Shown here piece after piece: positions 12,881 to 25,715 of a stretch of 64,000 nucleotides of DNA; positions within the stretch are counted from its first letter, which is position 1; every line of letters begins with the position of its first letter. Under the pieces are notes generated by a model. The model ran no database searches. It saw nothing but the letters and a program-made list of their open reading frames with translations, and was not told the DNA's origin. The DNA is from Octopus vulgaris. Its lineage: Eukaryota. The DNA is taken from assembly GCA_951406725.2 (NCBI GenBank), contig OX597815.1, positions 116,808,001-116,872,000 of the forward strand, in the 5' to 3' direction. Position numbers and translations under genes: made by a program.

Positions 12881-13422
12881 TAATCTCAATTTTAAGTTGC
12901 TTCTCTTTTTCCAAGATGTATGGCTACCATTGTTTTATTCCTTATAAGATAACTAAATTCTAGCATGTAAATTACACTGCGCCAGTATTGACCCAAAACA
13001 TAGTTTTTACACATTTAAACCCCAAAGGTTCAGTACATTTATAAGTTAAAATAGTTTCAGGTGAGGAAATATAAGGACCATAAACAGATAATTATAGATA
13101 ATTGCATACAATAAAGAATTGAAAACACTATACCAAGGTTCTTTATTTATGCTGCCATGTTTCTTGAAGATTTTTCAGCCAAATTCAAGATAATGGCAGT
13201 GCCCCAGCACTGTGAGCTGAAACTAGATAAAAAAAAAAAAAACATATTTAGAACCATATCTATATATATGATTTATGTATTAAGGGAAACAAATTCTTAT
13301 TTGCTTAACCATTAAGCTTCACGAACATAAACACGTCAACATCAGTTATCCAGAAACACACACACAAATATATATATATATATATATGTATAAATATATA
13401 TGTATACGTATATATGTATATG

Positions 13423-13493
<71 letters not shown>

Positions 13494-13580
13494 GTATAAG
13501 GATGAAAAGGAACACACGAGTTGATATATATGAAAAAACAAGTCAAGATAGAAAATGCTAAAATAATTTTATAAAGAACA

Positions 13581-13623
13581 TTTCAGTACCGGTTTCAGTC
13601 ATTTGAGACCTTTTCAACTGTAA
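13581..13623 (-). ncRNA. Inverted identical copy of the minimal type I hammerhead motif
   Basis: Exact reverse complement of 13896-13938 in the left arm of the palindrome. Confidence 0.7.
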
Positions 13624-13895
13624 CAATTAAATAATTAAATTTAGGAAAATTAAAAGAAAAGTTTTTTTAAAAGAATATTTGTATAGTGTTCAAATATAAG
13701 TGGCATTTTCCTTGTTTCTGCCTTTCTCTGTCTCTCTTGTTTATACTTGTGGGTTTGACCTCGAACCTACAAGTGTAAACAAGAGAGACAGAGAAAGGCA
13801 GAAACAAGGAAAATGCCACTTATATTTGAACACTATACAAATATTCTTTTAAAAAAACTTTTCTTTTAATTTTCCTAAATTTAATTATTTAATTG

Positions 13896-13938
13896 TTACA
13901 GTTGAAAAGGTCTCAAATGACTGAAACCGGTACTGAAA
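13896..13938 (+). ncRNA. Minimal type I hammerhead ribozyme motif, U3:A8 core variant
   Basis: ttacag-TTGAAAA-ggtc(tcaaat)gact-GAAA-ccgg-TA-ctgaaa: stem I, core, stem II, GAAA, palindromic stem III (ACCGGT) and a GUA cleavage triplet. Confidence 0.7.
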
Positions 13939-14005
13939 TGTTCTTTATAAAATTATTTTAGCATTTTCTATCTTGACTTGTTTTTTCATATATATACATA
14001 TATAT

Positions 14006-14067
<62 letters not shown>

Positions 14068-15752
14068 ATGACGGGCTTCTTTCAGTTTCCGTCTACCAAA
14101 TCCACTCACAAAGCTTTGGCTGGCCTGAGGCTATAGTGGAAGACATTTGCCCAAGGTACCATGCAGAGGGTCTGAACTCGGTACCACGTGGTTGGGAAGC
14201 AAGTTTCTTACCACACAGCCATGCCTGTGCCAATGACAATAATATCTGTAAGTTAAATTATCCAGTGAAATGATGCTGTGTACATAGAAAAATTAATGGT
14301 GAAGCAGGTAGTGGGTTTATAAAACAGGTAGTAGTTTTTAGTTACTTTTCGTGCTTACTTTTTAAGTTTTGACATCAGAACATGTTGTATTTCGTGTTCT
14401 CAAAAGACTATTTAATGAGAATATTGCTTTGTTTTTTTTTGTTTTTGTTTTTGTTTTTTTTGCTAAGTCAGAGCGGGAAGATTGAAGCAATTTGAAAATA
14501 ACATTGTAATGTTTTATCAAACCTGGAGGAATGGAAGACAATATTAATCCAAATTTTCAGATACCTTAATTTTTTTTTCACTCATTGATAATATAATTGC
14601 AGTTGTAATTAGAGAAAACTTGTTATAACAGAGATCAGTATTACCTCCTTGCTATAGAAAATGTAAAAGTATCATGAGAAATTGGAGTGGAGATAAAAAC
14701 AGTATTGTCATTTTGTCAGCAAAGACACAGAATAAGGCATAATACTTGGGCTGTATTATGTATAATAGACTGGCTAAGAAATGTGAAGTTCAGGATGTTT
14801 CACTGTGCTGTAAAAGAAAATGGATATGCTTTAAACCTCTGGCAGGAAGTGATGATAAAATATAAAATAAACAAGTGAAAATTAGAGATGCCTAAGTCAA
14901 AATTCCAGTAATAAAAATGATATTGTTGAAAAATCTAGAGATGGAAGAAGAGGGCAACGAAAATCCAGAAACAAAAACTATGAAACTTAAGCGAACAAGT
15001 GGAGCTCTATGTGATCACCCAGCCAGCAAGAAGTAGCAGCCAAATCTCCCACAAATCACATCATACTATCTTAAAAAGAGAAGGATACATTGGACAGTGT
15101 AGCTCCTGATATAGAAAATGACAGGATGGTCATGGTTGGAATGCTTTTGAACATAAGTCTGCTTTATCTGGTTTGATCTGAGTCTAAGCAACAACAGCAA
15201 GAGCTTTAATTAGATCAGAACGACAGCAAATAAAAAGAATATACCAACATTATTTATGTATACTTCTTGATTTTTTGATGAACCTTATTTCCAAATGAAA
15301 TACTTCTTCATTATTAGTATGTCATCAAAAACGTCAATGTGACACTTAGAATTTTAAAAAAACCCACAAGATATACAAAATTTACATCGAGCATCCTCAT
15401 CTTTTATTTGTAGCTATTTCAAAACCCTAAAAAGAAAAGGTTTTGTAAGTGTACAGTTATACAGGATGGACTATATATTCAAATTTAAAACGTATTGATG
15501 CTTTTTATATATTAATAAAAAATATTCAGTTTTGGGTGCACCAAAGCTGTGGTAAGTTCTAACAGACTGAATATATTATCTAGATTGTTATTATCCTTGT
15601 ATGGACAACACAATTTTCAATGTTCTCCTGCCTAAGAAACAAATCCTTAAGTATCCTACTGCTATTTTAAAGCAACATTTCCCATTTCTGAAAATTTAAG
15701 TGTTTTATCTTTAAAATATGTTATTTAATTGTCATATTATTTTAACCAACAG

Positions 15753-16043
15753 TCCCACCAAAAATTCAAGATGGACATATCCAAGAAAAAGTTGAAGCCA
15801 ATAAATCTAAACCACTGTTGCTAGAATGTGTCACTTCTGGTGTTCCTTCTCCAAATGTTATTTGGTTTAAAAATAATGAATTGATAGACTTTGAAGAAAA
15901 GTCCAATATGCGAGCTATTCAAATTGAAAATAAATGGCAATTACAAGCTATTTGGACTGAACCAGAAGATACTGGACGATATTCTTGCCAAGCCTCAAAT
16001 CCAGCTGGAGATGCAATAAAGCATTTTGATGTCAGTATACATG
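15753..16043 (+). CDS. HMCN1: Hemicentin-like exon, complete Ig domain 5 (phase 1-1)
   Basis: accaacag|TCCCACCA...ATACATG|gtaaga; VPPKIQDGHIQEKVEANKSKPLLLECVTSGVPSPNVIWFKN...EDTGRYSCQASNPAGDAIKHFDVSIH; 291 nt. Confidence 0.93.
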
Positions 16044-17918
16044 GTAAGAAATCTATGAATTTTATATATTTTTTTTCCAGTACTTTTTAAGTTTTGTATT
16101 TGTGGTCCTGAGATAATGACTAAAAGAGTATGATTACAAATATAAGCGACCCAAATGGAGTGTGTGTAGCTCAAAGATCAAGGAATCTTTCCAAGTTGAG
16201 TTACTATTTCTCTACGTTGAGAGATCACAGTTTCATTACTATAGAATGTTGTAGGAAAGAATTGCAAGAGAGATTCTTCAAGCTAAGGCAACCACCAGGA
16301 GGCCTAAAGGTAGACCAAGAATAACAATATTCAGAGCCAGTCGGTGATGCTGAGGAATCCATCCAGATAGTTTAATGATAGCTGCTTCTGATAGGGTGGG
16401 CCCTATGGAGGAAATGCTTGAGGACTCTACCCCCACTACCCTACCAGGGTGAAGAAAATGAATGGATAGATAGATATATTTAAAGAAATTTGAAAATTTT
16501 TGATAAAAATTGGTATTTTATTTGTTAAGTGGATCAGAAAATTAGAGTACATAGAAGTGTTTAAAGAAATACTTAATCCAATGTATAATGAGTTGAACAA
16601 ATTCCCTTGAATTTATCTTTCATAAAAGGTACCTTCATTGGCACCATAAATGGTGAATTATTTAGAAATATTGTTCCAATTTTATTGTTCTGTAATCAAG
16701 GAAGGTAACAGATGTTACTGACACAGTTGATAAAAAGTCAGTATTCTGAATTTATATCAGTGATGTCTATCTTCATGATGCTGATGATGATGTAGGCCAT
16801 TGTTATCTCTTCTCTCAACCCATTTTCAAGTTTGTTTCCTAAATATGAGCAAGTGGGCCAATATGTTTTGATAGCCGAAATCATCAGAATAGTAGCTCGG
16901 CACATGCTTCACAAGAGTTGAAGAACTGAATACAGCTTTGTTCTATTTTGCTTTGTATTTCAGTATTTTTCTATATTTTATCTTGTATAAATTTTAAGGA
17001 ATCAGAATTGTTGTGTCTTAAGACATTCGAAATTGGGATTTGGAGGTTAAAAGCAACTGCATTTCATATCAGTAACCAGTCAACTACAAAATAGAAATGG
17101 ATGCTGTTTATCAGACAGACTCTAACACAGTTTTTATGCTTTACCAATGAGCTGTATCTTAACCTTCTGGTAACCACATCTATAATGAAGTATACTGTTC
17201 AATTAATTTTATTCCAGTCAATTATTTTAAAGGTTTAGTAAAACAAATAGCAAACGTCATCATTATTAAAAATTTCTTTGGAATACAGCTTAACATAAAA
17301 GTTTTACATAAAGTTACAAATAAAAGTTTTAATTTAAATTTAAATACTATAAAATTAAAGGTTTTAGTATTAAAAAGCTGGTTTGGTGTAAAAAGGATTA
17401 ATTTCACAGTTGTGTTTCAATTTCTTATTTTAATGTAGTAATAATTTGTAACATTTGACAATGAATTTTAACAAAATTTATTATATTAAAAAGAAGTTAT
17501 AAATGAAAATAGATACATGTTTTCAAAATTGTGCATTTTATGTTTCTATATCTATATGTGGGAACTAGAATACACATTGAATATGTTTATGAGTACTATA
17601 TTTTCCAGCATACAAGTTGAATTTTTCAGGCCAAAATTTACAGTTAAAGAAGTTAAGTTGACTTATTCACCAAAACAACTTTGGAGGACCAAAAATTCCA
17701 TGTGAAATGCATCAGGATTTGTAAAGATAATGATGATGTTTGAATGTTTACCCTACATGTTTACACTATATATTACATTGACTTGTATGCTGAAAAATAC
17801 AGTATATACATATCTATAAGTGTGCATGCATATGTGTATATAAAAGTTATATGTGGGCATTTGTGGGCATTAAATTGAAACGTTTATGTAGTTATGACCA
17901 ATTTTATTTTCTTGCTAG

Positions 17919-18200
17919 TGCCACCAAAGCTAGAAAACCCTCAACTAGAAAAGATGGAAATTATGAATAGAAAATCTATAACACTATCTTGCAAAGTGTC
18001 AGGTATTCCAAAACCGACCATTACTTGGTACAGAAATGAAATGATTATTCCTGCCTTTGGAAATTCCAAAAAAAGAATCTTAAATCAAGGACGAGAACTT
18101 ATGCTTACCAATATAAATATGGATGACTCTGGCCAATATATGTGTGAAGCTACAAATGTTGCTGGAAAGGTTCAAAAACCATTTCTTATTACGGTGTTTG
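17919..18200 (+). CDS. HMCN1: Hemicentin-like exon, complete Ig domain 6 (phase 1-1)
   Basis: cttgctag|TGCCACCA...GTGTTTG|gtgagt; VPPKLENPQLEKMEIMNRKSITLSCKVSGIPKPTITWYRN...DDSGQYMCEATNVAGKVQKPFLITVF; 282 nt. Confidence 0.93.
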
Positions 18201-19086
18201 GTGAGTTTGTTTTACCTGTATTTTTAAATCAGTCTTATACTTTCTAAACAACAGGATTTTTTAAAAGTATATTTGACACCTAAATGTGGCTAATCCTTAA
18301 GGGTTGATACTTTTTCTTTTCTTTTTTTTTTTGTGGCAAATATACTTCACGATTTTATGCAGCTACTGTTTATACCTCACTCAGAGATTTATTATTGAAG
18401 ATTTTTTTGATTTTTCTTAAAATAAATTTTTAAATATTAACTTTTATTAGTACTATAATAGTTCATATGAATAGATTAATAAGTTTGCTTCACATGTATT
18501 AGGTCTTTGGTTCAATTCCATTGTTGGATTAGGAGCTAATAATCCAGTTGATTAAACAACTGAATACTCATTGCCTGGAGATCCACCAGCTCTTATGAAG
18601 AAATTATGGGATATGATGAAAGAATTGGCTTGCAAGATATTTCAAAGTAAAATTCCATTAGACATTATAAATACTATTTTGAGAGACCAACTGACAGTAC
18701 TTGAGCCATGGTGTTGTGACATTTCATGTGAGCACACAGTTGACTGTGGGTGCATGCAACTGACAATGCCCAAAAAGGCAGAAATGCATTTAGCATTCTC
18801 ATCAGCCATTGCTAGAATGACTTTTGTCTACCTCTATTATATATTGTGCTTTTTTAAAATACAGTATGTCCATGAAAGATATTATCTCCAGACAAATACT
18901 GCTGTAAATTTACTTTTTGCAATGTATTTACATTAAGTATGTTACACAGATGGCTATTGAGGAATCATTGTTTTACAATCAGATGGCCTTCCTGTCATTA
19001 ACCCTTACCATTTTAAAATTAAATTGTAACATTCATCACACAGATTTTGATTTCTAATCCTTATTTCTTTCTTCTCTTTCATACAG

Positions 19087-19362
19087 TTCCACCAAAAATT
19101 GAAAGTTCTGGCTCAACTAACATCGCTGCAACTGTTGACTCCCGTACTTTGTTAATGTGCGATACATTTGGCATTCCAACACCTTCAATTCATTGGGAGA
19201 AGAATGATCATGATTTTCCCAAAGCTGGTGCACATTATCGCATGCAACATACAGGCACTTTGGAGTTTGTACAAGTGAAAATAAATGATTCTGGAAAATA
19301 CAAGTGTATTGTGTCAAACAAGGCTGGAAATGCAACAAAGGAATATAAACTCAGTGTCCAAG
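19087..19362 (+). CDS. HMCN1: Hemicentin-like exon, complete Ig domain 7 (phase 1-1)
   Basis: catacag|TTCCACCA...GTCCAAG|gtaagg; VPPKIESSGSTNIAATVDSRTLLMCDTFGIPTPSIHWEKN...NDSGKYKCIVSNKAGNATKEYKLSVQ; 276 nt. Confidence 0.93.
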
Positions 19363-19852
19363 GTAAGGAAAGGTATTTGTAATGAGAATTGTTATGTTCC
19401 ACAGAATGTATTTAATTAGACTCCCTTGAAACATAATGATTACTTTTGAGGTAGTCATCATCATTATCATCATCAACAACGTTTAACATCCACTTTTCTA
19501 TGTTTACACGGGTCAAACAAATTAGTTGATTTTCTACTGTCAGATGCCCATCCTGTCACCGACCCTCACTGAATTTCAAACTAGGTAATATTTCTTCATG
19601 GCCAGATGTGATTTTCGTGGAAAGCTAGAAATGAACAACCTGACTTATATGACAATGATACTCATTTACAACAATAATGTGATGTCTAGATAAAGGTACA
19701 CATGCACAGAGACATGCACATGCAAACATATGTATACACACACATACAAACATACATCTATATAAAACTGAGAATGTGTGTGTGTATATATATATGTGTG
19801 TGTCTGTAGGTGTACATATATATGTATGTATGTATGTATATATATATGTATG

Positions 19853-19883
<31 letters not shown>

Positions 19884-19900
19884 ATGTATGTATGCATGTA

Positions 19901-19948
<48 letters not shown>

Positions 19949-20929
19949 CACACACACTCCTTCCTTGCAAGTGTACCCTGGTACTTGCTACCATCCCTCT
20001 CCTGCTCTTAATTGTCTCCCACTCTCTCTTTCTTTCCCTTGCTCTCCCCTCTGGTTGAATAATCACGTATCTCCTCTACAGCAACATACCTGTTTCTACC
20101 CTCATTCTTGATCATTTACTCTCCCTCCTTCCCTTGCCCTTACCACTGGCTAGGTAACTAACTATGTAGCTCCTTTACAGCAGCACACCTCTTGTTGATT
20201 ACCACTCTCTTTCTAGGTAACTGTTTCTGCCCTCATTCTTGCTAACTCTCACTCTATTTCTTTCCTTCTTTTTCTCTTCTTCTCTCTCTCTCTCCCTCTC
20301 TCTGGTTGGGTAACCATGGACCTCCTCTACAGCAAGACATCTTTTTCTGTCTCTCTGCCACACTCTAATCTTTCATTATCAGATCACCTCCTCCAATGCC
20401 CTCTCCCCTATCAAAGACTCTTTGTCTCGCAAAGTCACTTGGTGACCCCACTAGTGCAGGTGCCACTTAAAAAGCACCCTGTCCACACCGTAAAGTGGTT
20501 GGCATTTGGAAGGGCATCTAGCTGTAAAAATCACACCAAAACTAACTTTGCCCGAGCAAGTTTTGCATAAAAACCACTCAGCCCACTCTACAGAGTGGTT
20601 GGTGTTAGGAAGGGCATCCAGCTGTAAAAATACCATGCCAAAACAGACATAGAAGCCTGGTGCAGGCTCCTGCTTTGCCAGCTCCTGTTAAACCATCCAA
20701 CCCATGCCAGCATGGAAGGAGGACGTTAAACGATGATGATGATGATATATACACAACAAACTTCCACAGCTTCCATCAACCAAATTCATTCACAAGGTAT
20801 TGGACAACATGAAACTGTCGTACACAGTACTTGCTCAAGGTGCCATGGAGTGAGACTGAACCTAAAACCACATGACTGCAAAGCAAACTACTTAACCACA
20901 CAGCCATGCTTGCACCTGTGTGTGCATAT

Positions 20930-20995
<66 letters not shown>

Positions 20996-21423
20996 GTGTG
21001 TGTTTCCTTGTCTTGACACTGTATAATGGTTGTAAATGAGTGTCATTGTCATGCAAGTTGTGTCATTCATTTCCAGTATTCTGTCTGGCCATAGGAAAAT
21101 GTCTGGCCATAGGAAAATATTATCTCACTTAGAAACAGGTGAGGGTTTGTGGCAGGAAGGGCATCTGGCCATAGAATATCTGCTTCAATACACTCCATCC
21201 AAAATCTGAAAGCAAAGTGATTGTTAAAACAATAATGATGATACAGTTTTCTCAAATTAATGTATCAAATATTATTAATAATTATGGTTATAAATTAATT
21301 ATAAATAAAAAGCAATCTGCTGTTTAATTTATGCATTTTTGAATTTTTCATTTTTACTGGTTTAACAATTTTAATATATGCATTATTTATTATTTCTGGT
21401 TTTTATTTTTTGTGCTTTATCAG

Positions 21424-21567
21424 TTCCTCCTAAATTAATTAATGGTGAACAACTGAACTTGAAAGTTACTGTAAATCATGAAATTGCTCTACCATGTCAT
21501 GCAGAAGGCTTTCCAAAACCAGACATTATTTGGCGGAGAAAATCAAAAATTTTATCAAATGAAAAAG
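21424..21567 (+). CDS. HMCN1: Hemicentin-like exon, N-half of Ig domain 8 (phase 1-1)
   Basis: ttatcag|TTCCTCCT...GAAAAAG|gtaatc; VPPKLINGEQLNLKVTVNHEIALPCHAEGFPKPDIIWRRKSKILSNEK; 144 nt. Confidence 0.9.
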
Positions 21568-21779
21568 GTAATCATTAATTCTCAGTCACTCTCTCCCTAC
21601 GCACACAAGCAAACATCTATACATGCATATAAATATACATTACACACATATAGCTGTATTTGTTTGTATATGTGTGTGTATGTGTGTGTGTGTGTCTGTG
21701 TCTGTGTGTGTCTGTGTATACATGTATGCATGTACAAAAGTATTTATATGTGTGTGTGTGTGTGTATATATGCATGTAG

Positions 21780-21994
21780 GTATGTATCTATCTATTTATT
21801 TCTCTGTCTATGTGTCTCTCTCTCTGTCTATCTTAGCCATTTATCTATTTATTTATCTATCTATCTATCCCTCTATCCATCCATCCACCCATCTTATCTA
21901 TCTACCCATCTATCTATCTATTTATCTATTTATCCATTTATCTATTTATTTATTTATCCATCCATCCATCCATCCATCCATCCATCCATCCATC

Positions 21995-22037
<43 letters not shown>

Positions 22038-22050
22038 AATCTATCTATTT
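21780..22050. repeat. (TCTA)n/(TCCA)n compound microsatellite
   Basis: Direct reading; a second tract lies at 22325-22412. Confidence 0.95.
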
Positions 22051-22340
22051 TAAAAGGATCATCATAATCAAAGGTTCTATTCCAAGTCATAGGCTCATAA
22101 AGCCACATTCCTATATTCTGTGGTGTATATATTACTGCCTGCATGGATGGGCAGCAGTCCATCACAGGATTACTCGTTTTTGCTACCTGAATGGACTGTA
22201 GCAATGTTAAATGAAGTGTTTTGCTTAAGGAAACAATGCATCACCTGCTCCAGGAATCAAAACCATAATGTTATGTTCATAAGTGCAACACCCTAAACAC
22301 TGAACTCCACGTCTCTACATTTGTCTATCCATCCATCCAC

Positions 22341-22412
<72 letters not shown>

Positions 22413-22869
22413 ATAAATGTATATATATATAGTAGAGTAATAAAATGATAAAAAGAAAGTTCTTGGTACAGTATTACATTTATATATATATTTGAAAAAA
22501 TGAGTAGGGATGGCTTTTTTGGTTGGTAGGGTCTAATTTTCATTTTAATCTTAATAATAATGTTTACAGTAAGTTACCTTGATATGAATTTCGAGCTTCA
22601 AGAAACTGTTTTCAAACTACTTGAAGCTCAAAAGTCATATCAGAGTAACTCACTGTAAACATTAAATTATCCCTCCCACTCCACCTCACCCCAAAATCCA
22701 TCTCTACTCATTTTTTTCATATATATATATATATTATATATAAAGATTATTGTAAAATGAAAATAACAAATTAGCTCTTAGACCCTAAATTAGTCTGGCA
22801 TACTTACTGAAAATAAAATACTTCTTTCTTTTTTAAATATGTATCATTTTATGTAACATTTGCATTCAG

Positions 22870-22998
22870 GTATTACCATACTCAACAATGGTACTTTGGT
22901 TCTGCACCGACCAACACTCTCAGATTCTGGTACTTATGCATGCATTGCACAGAATAATGCTGGAAGTGCTATTGGTCAAATCCATCTTGAAGTTCAAG
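22870..22998 (+). CDS. HMCN1: Hemicentin-like exon, C-half of Ig domain 8 (phase 1-1)
   Basis: cattcag|GTATTACC...GTTCAAG|gtatgt; GITILNNGTLVLHRPTLSDSGTYACIAQNNAGSAIGQIHLEVQ; 129 nt. Confidence 0.9.
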
Positions 22999-23898
22999 GT
23001 ATGTAATTCATTACTTCGTATTTGTGTTCTTTTCTGCTTTCACATTATATATTTTACACCTAACTTTCAAAACAACCTCTTTATTTTCTTAAACAGACAA
23101 TAAGAATTTAACCGATAGTGAGCTGCAAAGTAATGGGTTGTAAGCAAAACATACCTTGTTTCAATCCTTCTTCCTGCAAAATCACTTTTAGTCATTACCT
23201 AGTGATAGCAAGGAAAAGTAGCAGCAAAACTATATTTAACATAAAAAAAGATGATGCAAAAATGGTGATGATGATGCTGATGATAAATATACATACATAC
23301 ATGTGCAGGTATATGTATATCATATAAGCTCTATGTATATATGTATGTAGTTATGGTATATTCTGTTAAGGACATAGTAGAGTACAGTATAAAGCTCATC
23401 CGCCTTCAGATTTACCCTGCGCTATCCAGTAGTAGTATTAAACATACTTCCAGGCTTGTGCCTGGACTTCTGTTGTATGTGAATAGATAACTGAAAACAA
23501 GGCTGCATAATCAAGTACCTGCATGCCTTGAGAATTATGTTGCATAGAAACAATTGTAGTGATTGAAAATAAATGTCCAACCATACTCTTTGTTGACTCC
23601 AAATCTTTTCAATTATATATATGTATGTATCATCATCATCATCATCGTTATCATCATTTAAGCATCCACTTTCCATGCTAGCATGAGTTAGATGGTTTGA
23701 CTGGAATTAGTACCAGTCAAGAGTTGTACCAGCTTCCGGTTTGATTTTGGCTTGGTTCCTACATCTGGATGTTCTTCCTAACACCAACCACTCCAAGAAC
23801 GTAGTGGGTGCCTTTTACAAGTCACCAGCCCAGGTGCCTTTTACGTGTCATGGGCATAGATGTATATATGTATTTATGTATGTATATATGTGTGCATG

Positions 23899-24223
23899 TG
23901 AAGGCACATGACTCAGTGGTTAGAGCGTCGAGCTTACGATCGTGAGGTTGTGAGTTCGAATCCCGGACCAGGCTGCATGTTGTGTTCTTGAGCAAGACAC
24001 TTTATTTCATGTTGCTTCAGTTCACTCAGCTGTAGAAATGAGTTGCTGTATTGGCCTTTGCCTTTCCCTTGGATAACACTGGTGGCGTGGAGATGGGAGC
24101 CTGTATGCATGGGCGACTGTTGGTCTTTCATAAACAACCATGCCTGGACTTGTGCCTGGGAGGGTAACTTTCTAGGTGCAATCCCATGGTCAGTCATGAC
24201 TGAAGGGAGTCTTCTTCTTCTTC
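23899..24223 (+). mobile_element. tRNA-derived SINE family C, full length with TSD
   Basis: Head ggcacatgactcagtggttagagcg...gagttcgaatccc, body tgtgttcttgagcaagacacttt, (CTT)n tail; 12-bp TSD tatgtgtgcatg at 23887-23898 and 24224-24235. Confidence 0.88.
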
Positions 24224-25260
24224 TATGTGTGCATGCAATTATGGCACTGTGGTTAAGAACCACACAACTTGGCAAGTTGGACATGAGTCCTATTATAGTC
24301 CTGTGAGGAGATTTGGTTCTATTCCAAGTCATAGGCTGAAAGAAGCTGAAAGAAACCTGTCATATATGCATGTGTGCAAGCATGCGTGTGTGTGTGGGTG
24401 TGGGTGTGTGTGTATCCCTGTCTTGATATCATGTGATAGTTGTAAATGGGGTGTCACTGTCATATAAGTGTGTCATTCATTTCCCTGTAGCAAATAGAAT
24501 ATTTTCTGTAAAAATATGTCTGGTTTGCCATGGGGAAATATCCCCTTACTTGAAAACAGTTGAGGATTGGCAATAGGAGGGACATAGAAAGTCTGCCTAA
24601 GTTGACTTTGCCTTTCATCCTTTCAGGATTGATAAATTAAGTACCAGTTGCGTACTGGGGTTGATCTAATCGCTTGGCCCTCTCCCCCAAAATTTTGGGC
24701 CTTGTGCCTAGAGTAGAAAAGAATATATTTATATTTGTTTGACTTCCCTTTTGTTACAATGACTATGTATCTGCTTTCACATAAATTATTCCATTGACAC
24801 AAACATTTTCTGCTCACATTAGTTGACTTGGTAAAGAATTCTTGTTACATTCATAAATACATTCATATTAACTTTGACTTGAGGTTGGAAATCAATATCT
24901 GAAATTTTCCTTAATTTAAATTCTGTATTCAACCTATATTCTTAAACCATCTGCAGTAGAATATACTACCAGTAAGATCCATTTTTTTTATATTGGTTTG
25001 TAGGAAATTACCTTTAAATATTGTACAAAACAGTTACAGCACAGAATATACATATTAGCCATTAAATAACACTCAAAAAATATTGACTTCACTAAAGCAT
25101 TTGTCATTTGGTGTCAGCATTTTCATCACACCAATTGCAACCTGATCACTGACATAGTTTTACTCCATCTTCTATAAAATAAAACATTAAAACAAACAAA
25201 AAAGCCAAAACAAATTAATTTAAGGAGTGTGTGTGTGCGCGCTTATGCTTCTCCATTTAA

Positions 25261-25476
25261 CCCTTCAGTATTAAAATCATCCATATCCGGCCCAAATATT
25301 CTACTTGTTTTATGCTCAAACTGGCCAGATTTGGTCTCTCACATCTACCCTACAATGTTATTTTAAAAATATGCAATTGCATCATTAAAACCTTGAAGCT
25401 ATCAGATTATGCATAATTATTTCAAAACAAAAACAATGTGAATAACATTTGATAGAGAAATCTGAATGCTAAAGGG
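25261..25476. mobile_element. piggyBac-type MITE, family 2
   Basis: TTAA-cccttcagta...aatgctaaaggg; an inverted homolog lies at 8099-8312. Confidence 0.65.
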
Positions 25477-25495
25477 CCAAATATGCTACCTTTAA

Positions 25496-25715
25496 CCCTT
25501 TTGTTACCAACCCAGCTGAAACCGGGTCTGGCTCTGAGTACAAATGTCTTGTTTTCATAAGTTTTCAATTAAAATCTTCCACCAAACCTTAATCACAATT
25601 TATGTTCCTAACACTAGCTGAATGATAACTAAGTTCTTTTACTAAATTCTTTGTTATATTTAAAGTAATTGAAAGAAACACAAAGCATCTCAAAATATAT
25701 ACAGTAATGAAAGGG
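25496..25715. mobile_element. piggyBac-type MITE, family 1
   Basis: TTAA-cccttt...aaaggg-TTAA; an inverted homologous copy lies at 30340-30558. Confidence 0.8.

Larger units (their letters stand above)
13524..13995. repeat. Near-perfect 472-bp palindrome (235-bp arms, 2-nt centre CC at 13759-13760); probable inverted Penelope-like terminal repeat
   Basis: The arms are exact reverse complements except for 3 substitutions within 15 nt of the centre. Both sides are close to (TA)n tracts. Each arm carries a hammerhead motif. Confidence 0.95.

Noticed and set aside
19625-20111. Many ORF-track entries rich in [12 protein letters not shown] (also ~800-1000, 13300-13550, 21478-22201, 33435-33870, 35117-35491, 39411-40012 and 60428-60688)
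   Set aside because: These are translations of (TA)n, (TG)n, (CA)n and (TCTA)n microsatellites, not genes.
23899-23975. tRNA-like sequence with A and B boxes
   Set aside because: It is the head of a SINE: it continues into the SINE body, has a (CTT)n tail and a 12-bp TSD, and lacks a proper acceptor stem.
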